From Parcubacteria group bacterium (lineage in GTDB: Bacteria; Patescibacteriota; Patescibacteriia; UBA11705; JABHMO01): 64,000 nucleotides of DNA. The notes under the pieces are model-generated. The model saw only the letters and a list, made by a program, of their open reading frames with translations. It ran no database searches and had not been told where the DNA came from. This document shows positions 16,968 to 26,962 of the stretch, in pieces. The number at the start of each line of letters is the position of its first letter. The first letter of the stretch is position 1. The stretch is from the NCBI GenBank assembly GCA_043797615.1, contig JAZDPK010000030.1, positions 9,067 to 73,066 of the forward strand, read 5' to 3'. The position numbers were made by a program, and so were the translations under genes.

Positions 16968-18272
16968 TCATTTGTCTTGCTGCTTTTCGATCCTGTCCTG
17001 ATGATCCATATACGGCTTCAGCGCTTCCGGGATGTCGATCGAGCCGTCCGCGTTCTGATAATTTTCCAGGATCGGGATCAGGATGCGCGGCGTGGCGACG
17101 ACCGTATTGTTCAGCGTGTGGCAAAAACGGATTTTACCGTCCTTATCTTTATAGCGAATATTCAAGCGTCGCGCTTGAAAATCCAAAAACGCCGAGCAGG
17201 AATGCGTTTCACCGTAGCCAGAGCCTGTGCCGAGCGTAGTCGAGGCACGGCTCGGCATCCAGCATTCGATATCGTTCATGTAATATTTTCCCTTGCCCAT
17301 ATCGCCGGTGCAGACATTCATTATGCGATAAGGAATATTGAGATTTTGCAAAAATTCCTCCGCGTTATTCAGCAATTCGTTGAACATTTTTTTTGTTTGT
17401 TCCACGCCGTTTTCGCAAATAATGAATTGTTCGACCTTGGAAAACTGGTGCACGCGGTACAAGCCGTGCGTGTCTTTGCCGTACGCGCCCGCTTCGCGCC
17501 GGAAACAAACAGAAATGCCGGCATAACGTTTCGGCAAATCAATGTCGCCTAAAACTTCGTTCGAATGGAATCCGCCGATTGCCACTTCCGACGTGCCGGC
17601 CAGATATTTGTCGTCCTTTTTCAAACGATAAATTTCATCTTCCGCTCCCGGCAGATAGCCCGTGCCTGTCAAAGAGGCTTTGTTAACGACAACCGGCACG
17701 GACATGAGCGTATAGCCTTTGCGACAGATAAAATCTACGGCGTATTTCAGAATCGCCGCTTCCAAACGCGCGCCGTCGCCTTTTAAAATATAAGACCGGG
17801 CGCCGCCAACCTTCACTCCCCTTTCAAAATCAATAATATCCAGATCCTTGCCAAGCTGTTCGTGGCTTTTCGGCAAAAAATTGAATTTCCGCACTTCGCC
17901 GACGCGGGAAATTTCCGCGTTTTCCGAATCGTCGTGTCCGATCGGCGTTCTTTCATCAATAATTTGCGGTACTTGAAGCATCATTTCGTTGTACTGTTCA
18001 ACGATCGGCTTTAACTTTTCCTCCAATTCGTTTTGTTCAATGTCAACGTCCTTCATTTGGCGCAAGGCTTCGCTTTTTTCCGCCGGCTTCATGCTTGGAA
18101 TTTTTTTGGAAAACTCGTTTTTTTGCGCGCGAAGTTCGTCGATTTTCTGCATCGCCTTCCGCCGCTGATCATCCAATTTGATCAGCTTGGCCAAATCAAC
18201 GTCGATATTTTTATGGCGGGCGATTTCCTTCAATAAATCAATGTTTTCTCTGATGAATTTTATATCTAACAT
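16968..18272 (-). CDS. serS: Seryl-tRNA synthetase
   Basis: 434 aa. The start MLDIKFIRENID is followed by an N-terminal coiled-coil arm and a class II core. Confidence 0.95.
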   Translation of the reverse strand: MLDIKFIRENIDLLKEIARHKNIDVDLAKLIKLDDQRRKAMQKIDELRAQKNEFSKKIPSMKPAEKSEALRQMKDVDIEQNELEEKLKPIVEQYNEMMLQVPQIIDERTPIGHDDSENAEISRVGEVRKFNFLPKSHEQLGKDLDIIDFERGVKVGGARSYILKGDGARLEAAILKYAVDFICRKGYTLMSVPVVVNKASLTGTGYLPGAEDEIYRLKKDDKYLAGTSEVAIGGFHSNEVLGDIDLPKRYAGISVCFRREAGAYGKDTHGLYRVHQFSKVEQFIICENGVEQTKKMFNELLNNAEEFLQNLNIPYRIMNVCTGDMGKGKYYMNDIECWMPSRASTTLGTGSGYGETHSCSAFLDFQARRLNIRYKDKDGKIRFCHTLNNTVVATPRILIPILENYQNADGSIDIPEALKPYMDHQDRIEKQQDK

Positions 18273-18627
18273 ATTTGATAATTAATAATTATATTTAAAA
18301 TAAAAACATATTTTACTTCCCCGCAGGGACATGATTTTAATTTTTGTCAGATATATTTTCATATTGCATGCTATCATAATAGCGTAAATTCAACCTTTTG
18401 CAAAGCGCGCAATTATTCATATCTGTTTATAAATATCATCCTAACTTTATTCAATTTTACATTAAATTAATCAAAACAGTTGACAACTACGCTGTTCACT
18501 GGTTTTTATGGCCGTTGTGGCTGCCGGTGATCGCGCTGGAAGTGCTCGTGAAATGCGGCGCCGAGCTGCACTACCACTGGCTCTTTCGCCGCCAGCGCTC
18601 CATGACGGCACTCTAACAGCCGCCGTC

Positions 18628-18662
18628 AAAATTCCCGCTTCGGTCTTCCGACGCGGGAATTT
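18628..18662 (+). terminator. Plus-strand terminator closing a GC-rich intergenic island
   Basis: A 10-bp perfect stem, AAATTCCCGC/GCGGGAATTT, is followed by TCATTTTAAAAAAA. Confidence 0.5.
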
Positions 18663-18681
18663 CATTTTAAAAAAATAAAAA

Positions 18682-18708
18682 CCCCGCATCAGCGCGCCGA
18701 TGCGGGGT
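18682..18708. terminator. Bidirectional terminator downstream of 18714..19166
   Basis: Stem CCCCGCATC/GATGCGGGG, with an A-tract before and a T-tract after. Confidence 0.7.
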
Positions 18709-18713
18709 TATTT

Positions 18714-19166
18714 TTATGACCAGGATTGCTTGTTCTCGCGCAAACCAGCGTTAATCATTTTTGCCAGAGCTTGGCCTTCATCATTCTCCGCTTGGCTGAA
18801 ATTGTATCGTTCGAGCGTTTGATACATTATTTCCCGGCCAGGACTGATTGATAATTTGTCCAAATAGGCGTTTACCACCAAGCCGCTGCGGATGCCATGC
18901 TGATTAAGATATGACACGGCGACGCGAACAATGAACTGAACCGCGCTCAAGCCGTTGAATTCATCCGGCAAATTTGAATTGCTAAAAATCAAAATTCTCC
19001 CGCTTGCCCGGTCGTAATAGCCGTTGGCGCCGGCGCAAATCCACTTTTCACCGGCGATTTCAGTATAATGAGCATTGCCGTTCCAAGATTCATTGGCCAA
19101 CAGTTTCCACATTTCCGTTTCCATCTTTTCCAGATTTTCGCCGATCAATCGTTCAGAATTGATCAT
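18714..19166 (-). CDS. Hypothetical protein (150 aa)
   Basis: The SD AGGAGG lies 5 nt before the ATG. It overlaps the lysS TAG stop (TAGGAGG), which suggests translational coupling. Confidence 0.6.
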   Translation of the reverse strand: MINSERLIGENLEKMETEMWKLLANESWNGNAHYTEIAGEKWICAGANGYYDRASGRILIFSNSNLPDEFNGLSAVQFIVRVAVSYLNQHGIRSGLVVNAYLDKLSISPGREIMYQTLERYNFSQAENDEGQALAKMINAGLRENKQSWS

Positions 19167-19175
19167 TATTGCCTC

Positions 19176-20648
19176 CTATTTTTTATCTTTCATCAATGGA
19201 AAAAATACCACATCTCTTAAATTCTCCTGCCCGGTCAAAATCGTGAACAACCGGTCGATGCCCATTCCCCAGCCGGAAATCGGCGGCATGCCGTACTTCA
19301 TCGCATCCACGAATTCATCGTCCACTTCCATCGCTTCCGCGTCGCCGGCGTTTTTAAGTTTTGTTTGTTCCTTAAATCTATTTTCTTGATCGATCGGATC
19401 GACCAACTCGGAATAAGCCTTGACTACTTCCCAGCCGTTGATCACCAGTTGAAATTGCTCGACAACGCGCTGGTCCTTGTCGCTGCGGCGGGCGAGCGGC
19501 TGCAGTTCGACCGGATAATTGTAGAGAAAAACCGGACCGACGATTTTCGGGCGAGAAACTTTTTTATAAAGATTGTCAACCAGCGTTGCCAAGCCCATGT
19601 TTTCCATGCCTTTGATTTGAATTTTATTTTTTTTCAAATCAGCGAGTAATTTTTTCGCGCTGTCATATTTGGAAACGTCAAGACCGCAATCTTTTTTCAA
19701 CAGCGCGATGTAATCGATCCTGTCCCAAGGCGTGGTGAAATCAACCTCCTGGCGCATGCCGTCCTTACCGATCACGCTCACCAGCTTAGGCAATTTTAAA
19801 ACTTTAAAAAGATAATCGAACATTTTTTCCGTGAACGCCATATTGTCCTTGTAATTCCAATAAGCGCAGTAATGCTCCGCGTGCGTGTGCTCGGGCAAAT
19901 GCGACGGATCAATGCCTTCGTTGCGGAACGCCTTGCCGATCTCGAAAATCTTTTCGTATCCGCCGACGATCAGCTCCTTCATCGGCAGTTCGTGTGAAAT
20001 GCGCAGGAAAACGTCCAGGCCCGAAGCGTTGTGGCGCGTCTTGTACGGCTTGGCGTGCGCGCCGGTGGCTTTTTGCAGAAGAATCGGCGTTTCCACTTCC
20101 TGAAATCCTTCGCTCCAATAAAATTCTCTTAAAGTTTTAATCAGATCGCTGCGCAACTGAAATCGCTTCATCGTGTCCGGATTTGAAATCAGATCAAGAT
20201 AGCGCTGGCGATATTTTATTTCAGTGTCTTTGATGCCGTGCCATTTTTCCGGCATCGATTTCAGCGCTTTGCCAAGGAACGTCCACTCTTTGACAAGAAC
20301 GCTCAGTTCGCCCTTGTGCGTGCGGAAAATTTCGCCTTCGACGCCGACAAAATCGCCCAAATCGATTATTTTCAAAAAAATTTTGTAATTGTCTTTGCCG
20401 ATCTTATCCATCTGAAAAACGATCTGCATTTTTCCGGTGCAATCTTGCAGATGGCCGAAGGTCAGCTTGCCCATGTCGCGGAGCATGATCAAACGGCCGG
20501 CGGTTTTCACCGGCGTCCCCTCTTTTGAAGCATAGCATTCGGCCAGGCTCTGCTTTTTATCGAATTTTTCCGGATAAGGATTGATGCCGATTTTTTTTAT
20601 TTTACCAAGTTTTTCCAGCCGCGATTTCTCCTCGTTTTGCTCGCTCAT
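19176..20648 (-). CDS. lysS: Lysyl-tRNA synthetase, class II
   Basis: 490 aa with an OB anticodon-binding domain and class II motifs. Confidence 0.95.
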   Translation of the reverse strand: MSEQNEEKSRLEKLGKIKKIGINPYPEKFDKKQSLAECYASKEGTPVKTAGRLIMLRDMGKLTFGHLQDCTGKMQIVFQMDKIGKDNYKIFLKIIDLGDFVGVEGEIFRTHKGELSVLVKEWTFLGKALKSMPEKWHGIKDTEIKYRQRYLDLISNPDTMKRFQLRSDLIKTLREFYWSEGFQEVETPILLQKATGAHAKPYKTRHNASGLDVFLRISHELPMKELIVGGYEKIFEIGKAFRNEGIDPSHLPEHTHAEHYCAYWNYKDNMAFTEKMFDYLFKVLKLPKLVSVIGKDGMRQEVDFTTPWDRIDYIALLKKDCGLDVSKYDSAKKLLADLKKNKIQIKGMENMGLATLVDNLYKKVSRPKIVGPVFLYNYPVELQPLARRSDKDQRVVEQFQLVINGWEVVKAYSELVDPIDQENRFKEQTKLKNAGDAEAMEVDDEFVDAMKYGMPPISGWGMGIDRLFTILTGQENLRDVVFFPLMKDKK

Positions 20649-20736
20649 ATTTTTTATGAATTAAAAATATTATGCCTGAATTATACACTATTCGCATATA
20701 AAAAGCAAAAGCGGATCGGCTTTGCCAAAATCCGCT

Positions 20737-21138
20737 TTAATGGTTTTCTTGCGCCAGCTGATTTTTTTCAAACTCGGCATACTCGGCCAGCGCCTTGATT
20801 AGCGTTTCATTGCTGGTTTTGAATTCGGCCACGGCAACCGCCATGACGAACAGCTTGGGAAAATACGACCGACCGAGGGCGGTGGCCAGGCTGCATCCTT
20901 CCTTTTGGCGCAACTGGCGCGCCTCCTCGATCATTTCGCAAAACGCCTTGCAAAATCCATTGCTTTTTTCGATTATCATCTTGAGCGACGCGTTGATCGA
21001 GCGGCCGGCCTGCAAATTTTCGCGCAACTGTTCCGCAAATTGAACTATTTCATCTGCACTGATCCGGTGGCGGCTTATCAACTCCGGACTTTGGCCGGCA
21101 GTTTTCACCTGCCTCGGCCTATGCGCCTTATGCTTCAT
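20737..21138 (-). CDS. Small soluble protein with a single GspF/PilC (T2SS-F)-like repeat
   Basis: 133 aa. The segment ...LQAGRSINASLKMI...GCSLATALGRSYFPKLFVMAVAVAEFKTSNETLIKALAEYAEFE follows the remembered T2SSF domain pattern. There is no TM. SD AGGAGA lies 5 nt before the ATG. Confidence 0.45.
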   Translation of the reverse strand: MKHKAHRPRQVKTAGQSPELISRHRISADEIVQFAEQLRENLQAGRSINASLKMIIEKSNGFCKAFCEMIEEARQLRQKEGCSLATALGRSYFPKLFVMAVAVAEFKTSNETLIKALAEYAEFEKNQLAQENH

Positions 21139-21240
21139 GATTTTCTCCTGCTCGCGCTTTTAAAGTTTACAAGAATCGGGAATCGTGATATGCTGGCATT
21201 ATGATTGAAATAAATCAATAAGTCAATCTTGATCGCCAAT

Positions 21241-21810
21241 ATGCTTGAATCGCCAAAGCCCGAAATAAACACGCTTTCGCGCGCGCCGAAGCGCCTGCCG
21301 CACTTTCACGAGCAGGAATCGGAGAGCGAGCAATTTGAAATTTCCCAAAACATCCTTCGATCCATGCTTGAACCCTGGATCAGCACGATTGATCTCCGCC
21401 TCTCTACCGACGACAGTCTGCCGGTCGCCGACCGGATGGAAATCATCAGGGCGCTTCAGCAGAAAATCGACAATACCCTGGCCAGCCGTTCGTTTTACAT
21501 GCATGCGATGGTCAGGCGCCTGCGCGATGGCGGCGCCAGCCTGGAAGCGGTCAAGAAAGAGCTCGACCCAAAAATCATGCAATACATCGTTTTTTTGGAC
21601 GGCGAATTGGAAAAATTGAAAAACCGGTACGCTGCCAATCCGAATCTCGGGCGCAGAAAGCAGCACGTGATTTATCCGAGCGCCGGCGAAGTGCAGACAA
21701 CGCTGCAAAAAAGGCGCGTGCAGGACGCGCCGGAAACGCGGACGCAGGCTAGGCCAGCGTTGACTGCCGGCGTTTTCAACAGATTGAAAAATCTAATAGG
21801 CAAAAATTAA
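21241..21810 (+). CDS. Hypothetical protein (189 aa)
   Basis: The plus-strand frame has protein-like composition. A TTTACA-17-TATGCT promoter lies at about 21167-21195, and a terminator follows. The antisense 161-aa ORF looks like a mirror artefact. Confidence 0.5.
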   Translation: MLESPKPEINTLSRAPKRLPHFHEQESESEQFEISQNILRSMLEPWISTIDLRLSTDDSLPVADRMEIIRALQQKIDNTLASRSFYMHAMVRRLRDGGASLEAVKKELDPKIMQYIVFLDGELEKLKNRYAANPNLGRRKQHVIYPSAGEVQTTLQKRRVQDAPETRTQARPALTAGVFNRLKNLIGKN

Positions 21811-21836
21811 AAAAATGGAACTGTCGATAAATCATA

Positions 21837-21867
21837 AAACCCCAATATTGAAAAATACTGGGGTTTT
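21837..21867. terminator. Bidirectional terminator between 21241..21810 and greA
   Basis: Stem AAAACCCCA/TGGGGTTTT. Confidence 0.6.
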
Positions 21868-21935
21868 GAATTTAAATTAATCGCCGTGTTTCACGCTGCC
21901 CGGGCATTGCGATCAGCCCTGATTTTCAAAACCAA

Positions 21936-22400
21936 TCAATTGATCTTAACGATATTATAGACGATATTCCCCTTCGGCGCTTCCACTTCCACCCGATCGC
22001 CCGGCTTCTTGCCGAGGAACGCCTGTCCCATCGGCGACTCGTTTGAAATCTTGCCGTCCTGCGGATTGGCTTCATTGAATCCCACGAGAGTGTATTCCTT
22101 TTCACTGCCGTCCGGACCGGAAACAACAAAGCGCGTGCCGATATCGATTTTATCGCGCGAAACCGTGGCGCCGGAATTGATTGCTTTTTTCAAAATGTCC
22201 TCGATTTCATATATTCGGGATTCGATTACGCCCTGCTGGTCTTTGGCGTCATGGTATTCGGCGTTTTCCGACAAATCGCCCAGCTCTTTCGCCTGTTCGA
22301 TTTTCTGAATGATGTCAGGCCGCTTTACGCCTTTCAATTCTTGAAGCTCGTTTTCCAATTTTTCCCGGCCTTCGGCTGTCAAAATGATTTGGTTTGGCAT
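21936..22400 (-). CDS. greA: Transcription elongation factor GreA
   Basis: 154 aa. Contains LTAEGREKLENELQELK... and SENAEYHDAKDQQ. Confidence 0.95.
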   Translation of the reverse strand: MPNQIILTAEGREKLENELQELKGVKRPDIIQKIEQAKELGDLSENAEYHDAKDQQGVIESRIYEIEDILKKAINSGATVSRDKIDIGTRFVVSGPDGSEKEYTLVGFNEANPQDGKISNESPMGQAFLGKKPGDRVEVEAPKGNIVYNIVKIN

Positions 22401-22589
22401 AGTAAAATAAATACAGGCCAGTCAGACCTGATCTCGATTCCTGTTAATTATTATAAATTAAGTATAGCGTATTTTAATTTTATTGTAAATGTTATCCACA
22501 GGGGTAAATAAAATTCCACTCGACTTCAATCGGCGATTTCCTTTTCAAAAGTTTTTTTTGACTTAAGTCAAGCGGAATTTTCAATTTCT

Positions 22590-24620
22590 TTATTTTTTAT
22601 ACGTTCGAAAATACCAATTCATAAATTCAAACGCGACTGGCGCGGCGGCCGCCGTGCCTTCGCCGCCCTCCTCGACGAGCACGACAATGGCGATTTGCGG
22701 TTTTTCGTACGGCGCGAACGCGGCAAACCAGGAATGAGCATTCTTGCCTTCCTGCCATTGCGCTGTGCCGGTTTTCGCCGCCGCCGACACGGGCAGAGCG
22801 TTCAATATTTTCGCCGTGCCCTGCGTGACTGCCTGGCGCATTCCCTGCCTGACGACTTCCAGATTCGCCTGCTGAACAAAATTTGTGTTCAAAATCGATG
22901 GCTGCACCTCGATTTCCATATTCTTTTCCTGGCTGAAATATTTCATGACGATCTGCGGCTTGTATAACGTGCCGCGATTCGCGAATACGCACGCGTAATT
23001 AACGACTTGGAGCGGCGTAACGAGCAGATCGCCCTGCCCGATGGCCTCATGATAAGTGTCGCCAATGTACCATTCTTCCTTTTTCGCCGCAATCTTCCAT
23101 TCCGGCGTCGGCAAAAATCCGGCTTTTTCATTCGGCAGTTCGATGCCGGAAATCTTATTCAAACCAAATTTTTCAGCGTATTCCTTTATTTTATACACGC
23201 CAAGGCCTGGGAAATCAAGATAGCCGCCGCCGACAATGTAAAAAAACGTATTGACCGAATCGGCCAGCGCTTTTCGAACGTTTGTCGCCCCGTGGCCGCC
23301 GGCTTTCCAATCCGGGAAAAACCATTGGCCGATGCGAACGCCGCCGACGCTTACAAACGTCGTGTTTTCTTTTATTACTCCTTCTTCCAGCGCGGCCGTG
23401 GCAATTACCGGCTTAATGATCGAGCCTGATGGATATTCGCCGCTCACCGCCCGATTATAAAGCGGCTTGCTGTCGTCGCTCAGCAGACGATCGTATTTTG
23501 CGCGCGAGATGCCTTTGGCGAAATCATTGCTGTCAAAAGAAGGCAGGCTGACCATCGCCAATATCTGCCCGTTGTTCGGATTCTCCACGATTGCCACGCC
23601 TTTGGACTTGCCGATGGTCGCCATTCTGCTCTTCATGACGCCTTCGAGCCTAGCCTGCATCTCGGAATCGATGCTGAGATAAATATTGTCGCCTTTTCGC
23701 AGGTTCTCCTGCGCCAGAATTTTCACTGTTCGGCCGGTAGCGTCGACTTCCACTTCTTCCTTGCCGTACAAGCCGCGCAATTGCGATTCATAGGACGCTT
23801 CAATTCCGGTTTTGCCGATAAAGTCGTTCAGCAAATAGCCACTGGCGCCAAGCTTCTGATATTCATCCTTGCTAATCTTCCCTTCGTAGCCGATAATGTG
23901 GGACAGACTGGAAATAATCCGATTGTCCGCGCTGGCGGCCGGATATTCCCGCTTCGCCGCCATTTCGACCGCCACGCCCGGATATTTGACGCTGTCGATG
24001 CGCATGACAATGGCCTGCGCGTATTCCAAATCGTCCGCCAATAAAACCGGTTCGTAATATTCCTTCTCATACGGGCCGATTGATTTTATCCTTTCCAGGG
24101 AATCCTTTATTTTTTCGTCGCCCAGGTTTTTATTCAGCCAAGCAATCGCGTCGCTCTCTTTTTCAACGCTTGCCATCATGTCGAAAGGCACGATGTAAAC
24201 GGCAAAGCCGGGAATGTTTTTCGAAAGCGCCACGCCACGGGAATCATAGATAATGCCGCGCGGCGCCGGCAAATTTCGCACCCTGATCCGGTTGTTCTCC
24301 GCGACGCCGAGATAATGCTGGCCGAGGAACGCCTGCAGATATACTGCTCGACCGAATAAAACAAGCAGGCCGAGCATGACCAGACAAAGGAAAATCCGCT
24401 GCCGATTCGGCGTCATGCCTAGCCCGAGAAAATTCTTGTTCCGCTTGGCAAGCTCTTCGTCGGAATAATTGATAAAGCTGCCCTCGACCCAGCTTCCTTG
24501 CATCTTGCTTTTCATCTTTCGGTTCGCCGAACTGATGTCCGAACTGGCGAAAATAAAATCATCGCCCTCGATCTTCCGGCGGCTTTTCAGAAATTTTCGT
24601 TTTATGTATGGGAAAAACAT
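22590..24620 (-). CDS. mrdA: Penicillin-binding protein 2 (elongasome transpeptidase)
   Basis: 676 aa with an N-terminal TM, a dimerisation domain and a transpeptidase domain (SGSIIKP, KTGTAQ). It is adjacent to mreBCD. Confidence 0.9.
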   Translation of the reverse strand: MFFPYIKRKFLKSRRKIEGDDFIFASSDISSANRKMKSKMQGSWVEGSFINYSDEELAKRNKNFLGLGMTPNRQRIFLCLVMLGLLVLFGRAVYLQAFLGQHYLGVAENNRIRVRNLPAPRGIIYDSRGVALSKNIPGFAVYIVPFDMMASVEKESDAIAWLNKNLGDEKIKDSLERIKSIGPYEKEYYEPVLLADDLEYAQAIVMRIDSVKYPGVAVEMAAKREYPAASADNRIISSLSHIIGYEGKISKDEYQKLGASGYLLNDFIGKTGIEASYESQLRGLYGKEEVEVDATGRTVKILAQENLRKGDNIYLSIDSEMQARLEGVMKSRMATIGKSKGVAIVENPNNGQILAMVSLPSFDSNDFAKGISRAKYDRLLSDDSKPLYNRAVSGEYPSGSIIKPVIATAALEEGVIKENTTFVSVGGVRIGQWFFPDWKAGGHGATNVRKALADSVNTFFYIVGGGYLDFPGLGVYKIKEYAEKFGLNKISGIELPNEKAGFLPTPEWKIAAKKEEWYIGDTYHEAIGQGDLLVTPLQVVNYACVFANRGTLYKPQIVMKYFSQEKNMEIEVQPSILNTNFVQQANLEVVRQGMRQAVTQGTAKILNALPVSAAAKTGTAQWQEGKNAHSWFAAFAPYEKPQIAIVVLVEEGGEGTAAAAPVAFEFMNWYFRTYKK

Positions 24621-24813
24621 GTTGCTTAAATAAGTTCAAAGCACAAAGCACAAAATCAGTGCAGCGCAGTCGTGCCGACAGGCTGCACTGCGCTGTCAAA
24701 ATAAATTTAAAATTTAAAGCTTAAAATATAACAATAAATCTTCGCTTGACTATTTTAAAAAATCGATATAAAATGCGTTATTGCTCATTAACAAATTAGA
24801 TAAAGGAGAAAGC

Positions 24814-25359
24814 ATGAAAATAAGCAAGGGACAACATCGAATCGTTTTAATTTTTGACCAATTCGTTCTCAAGTTTCCCATATTTTATCCAATAAAAGCG
24901 TTGAAAAACTTCTTGCACTTTTCCAGAATCTCAAGCGTTAAAAAATGCTTAAGCTGGGATTCGAATGTATATTGTTCTCCGAGAAGATTACTGTTTAGAG
25001 TCTTAATCGAAAACTGGTATGAATTCTATTTTTATCAACGAACCCGCCTGCCGATATTGATGCCGACTTATTTTTCATTGTTCGGGTTTGCCAATTTGCA
25101 AAAACGCGGACAACCATTGGTTTTGAAGGAACGCTCGATACTATTCAATCAGCTGTACGATTTCACCAATTCTGAAGTTTTCGTATCGTCTCATACGTTC
25201 GAGAATCCAAAAAATTTCAGTGTCGAAGACGGCAAACTTATGATAATCGATTATGGCGACAAACGAATCCACTGCGTGCTGATAAAATACGGCGATAAAA
25301 TCCACAATGAATTCGATTTAAACTACGTTCGGCTGAAAAAGAACAAGGATCTTCCGTAA
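24814..25359 (+). CDS. Hypothetical protein (181 aa), weakly protein-kinase-like; opposite-strand insert inside the mre-pbp2 cluster
   Basis: SD AAAGGAGA lies 5 nt before the ATG at 24814. The gene is AT-rich. MIIDYGD and HTFENPKNF occupy positions reminiscent of kinase DFG and catalytic loops. This is a low-confidence resemblance. Confidence 0.5.
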   Translation: MKISKGQHRIVLIFDQFVLKFPIFYPIKALKNFLHFSRISSVKKCLSWDSNVYCSPRRLLFRVLIENWYEFYFYQRTRLPILMPTYFSLFGFANLQKRGQPLVLKERSILFNQLYDFTNSEVFVSSHTFENPKNFSVEDGKLMIIDYGDKRIHCVLIKYGDKIHNEFDLNYVRLKKNKDLP

Positions 25360-25458
25360 CACTCGGGACAGCGAAAAATCGTTGTCCCGTTTTATTTTTA
25401 TTTAAATTTTAAGTTTTAAATTTATTTTGAATTTTGAGCTTTGAATTTTGTGCTTCTT

Positions 25459-25998
25459 TTATCTGCTCGTATCAATAAACACTGCCTTGAATCTGCGGCT
25501 CGTCAAATGAAAAACGATGAATATCGCGATCATTAAAATAAGATTGAGCAAAAGCTGCCAGCCGATATTCTGGACAAACGCATTGAGCGCGTTTTTGACC
25601 GAAAGCCAGTCTTTTGTCAGCCAGAAATGCTCCGCCGCCGACCAACTGGCGATGACAACGCCATAAACGACGGTGCCTGCGGCCGTCAATCCGATCAGCG
25701 CGTAAAAGGATTTGTTCGTCAGCAGCTTTTCGGCGATCTCATCCACCAGGCAGAGCACGAACACGAGCGCGAAAAGGATTACGCCGAAATGAAGCGCCGA
25801 ATAAACATCAAGCGTCAGTCCGAGAATAAATCCATAAACCAGGGCCACCCGAAATTTATAGACGACGGCGATGAAAACCAGCGCGACGAGTATCAAATTC
25901 AAGTCGCCGGCAATACCCGTCCTCGGCGAAACAACGGCCAGCTGTCCGGCGAGCAGCGCCAGCATGATCGCCGCGTGCTTAATTATTGATTTCAGCAT
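25459..25998 (-). CDS. mreD: Rod shape-determining protein MreD
   Basis: A polytopic membrane protein immediately downstream of mreC. The start is ambiguous between 25998 and 25965. Confidence 0.7.
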   Translation of the reverse strand: MLKSIIKHAAIMLALLAGQLAVVSPRTGIAGDLNLILVALVFIAVVYKFRVALVYGFILGLTLDVYSALHFGVILFALVFVLCLVDEIAEKLLTNKSFYALIGLTAAGTVVYGVVIASWSAAEHFWLTKDWLSVKNALNAFVQNIGWQLLLNLILMIAIFIVFHLTSRRFKAVFIDTSR

Positions 25999-26806
25999 TT
26001 TTATAGTATTTAATGATGTTAACCAAAAATAATTTCTGCGGATCAAACAGCATTTTTATCGACGCTTCCTGAAACAGCTCTTCGGGCGCGCTCCGCACGC
26101 TTTCAACCTGGCCGATGATGAGATTCGGCGGCACGCTGTTTTCCAGGCCGGAACTGACAATCAGGTCGTTCTCGCTTATCTGCTCGGCGCGCGGTATCAG
26201 CCGCATTTTCAATCCAAGGCCGAATTCGCCTTCGACCACGCCGGATGTTTTCGCCTCATTCTTGATTTTGGCCGCCACTTTGGACGCGTCATCGTTGATA
26301 AGCAGGACGATCGAATAATTTTTTTCGACTTTCAGGATTTTCCCGATCAAGACGCCGCTGTCCGCGAGAACGGCGTATCCCTGGGCCACGCCCCGGCTCC
26401 AACCTTTGTCCAGAATGAGCGCATTCTGCGCCGCGTCCGCACTTTTACCGATCACCCGCGCAATTTCATATTCGTATTTCGCGCTTTCAAGAAAATGCAG
26501 CTGTTGCCGCAGGAAATCGTTTTCCTCTTTTTCCGTCAAGTAGAGATTTTTTTCCTTGAGCAGGGTCATCAGCTGGTCCTTCAAAACTTTGTTTTCCTTG
26601 AGCAATTCACCTCGGCTTTGCAATGCCAGATAATTTTCGCCAATCTTGTTCGACAATCCGTACACCGCGCCGAGCACCGGGCGAGTGACGCAAACAACAA
26701 CGTTTTCAATAACTCCGAGCGCGCCGATATAATGCAAAAAAAACAGCAGGGCGATTATTACGACTGCTATTATGGTTAGCTTGGAAGTGCGATTGAACAG
26801 AATCAT
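25979..26806 (-). CDS. mreC: Rod shape-determining protein MreC
   Basis: 275 aa with a TM, a coiled coil and a beta-barrel region. It sits in the mreB-mreC-mreD order. Confidence 0.85.
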   Translation of the reverse strand: MILFNRTSKLTIIAVVIIALLFFLHYIGALGVIENVVVCVTRPVLGAVYGLSNKIGENYLALQSRGELLKENKVLKDQLMTLLKEKNLYLTEKEENDFLRQQLHFLESAKYEYEIARVIGKSADAAQNALILDKGWSRGVAQGYAVLADSGVLIGKILKVEKNYSIVLLINDDASKVAAKIKNEAKTSGVVEGEFGLGLKMRLIPRAEQISENDLIVSSGLENSVPPNLIIGQVESVRSAPEELFQEASIKMLFDPQKLFLVNIIKYYKNAEINN

Positions 26807-26962
26807 AATGAAATTAACCTAATTATTCTAATTCACCTAATTAACCTAAATCAATCCCAATACTTAATTTCCTAATCATAAATAATTTTGGAAATTTTAT
26901 TTTTGTATTTTTTTCATTATTTAAAATAATTAGAACAATTAGATTAATTAGAATAATTTGTT

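Noticed and set aside
21223-21708. 161-aa minus-strand ORF overlapping 21241..21810
   Set aside because: The plus-strand frame has protein-like composition plus a promoter and terminator. The minus frame is R/L/F/V-rich, as is typical of antisense artefacts.
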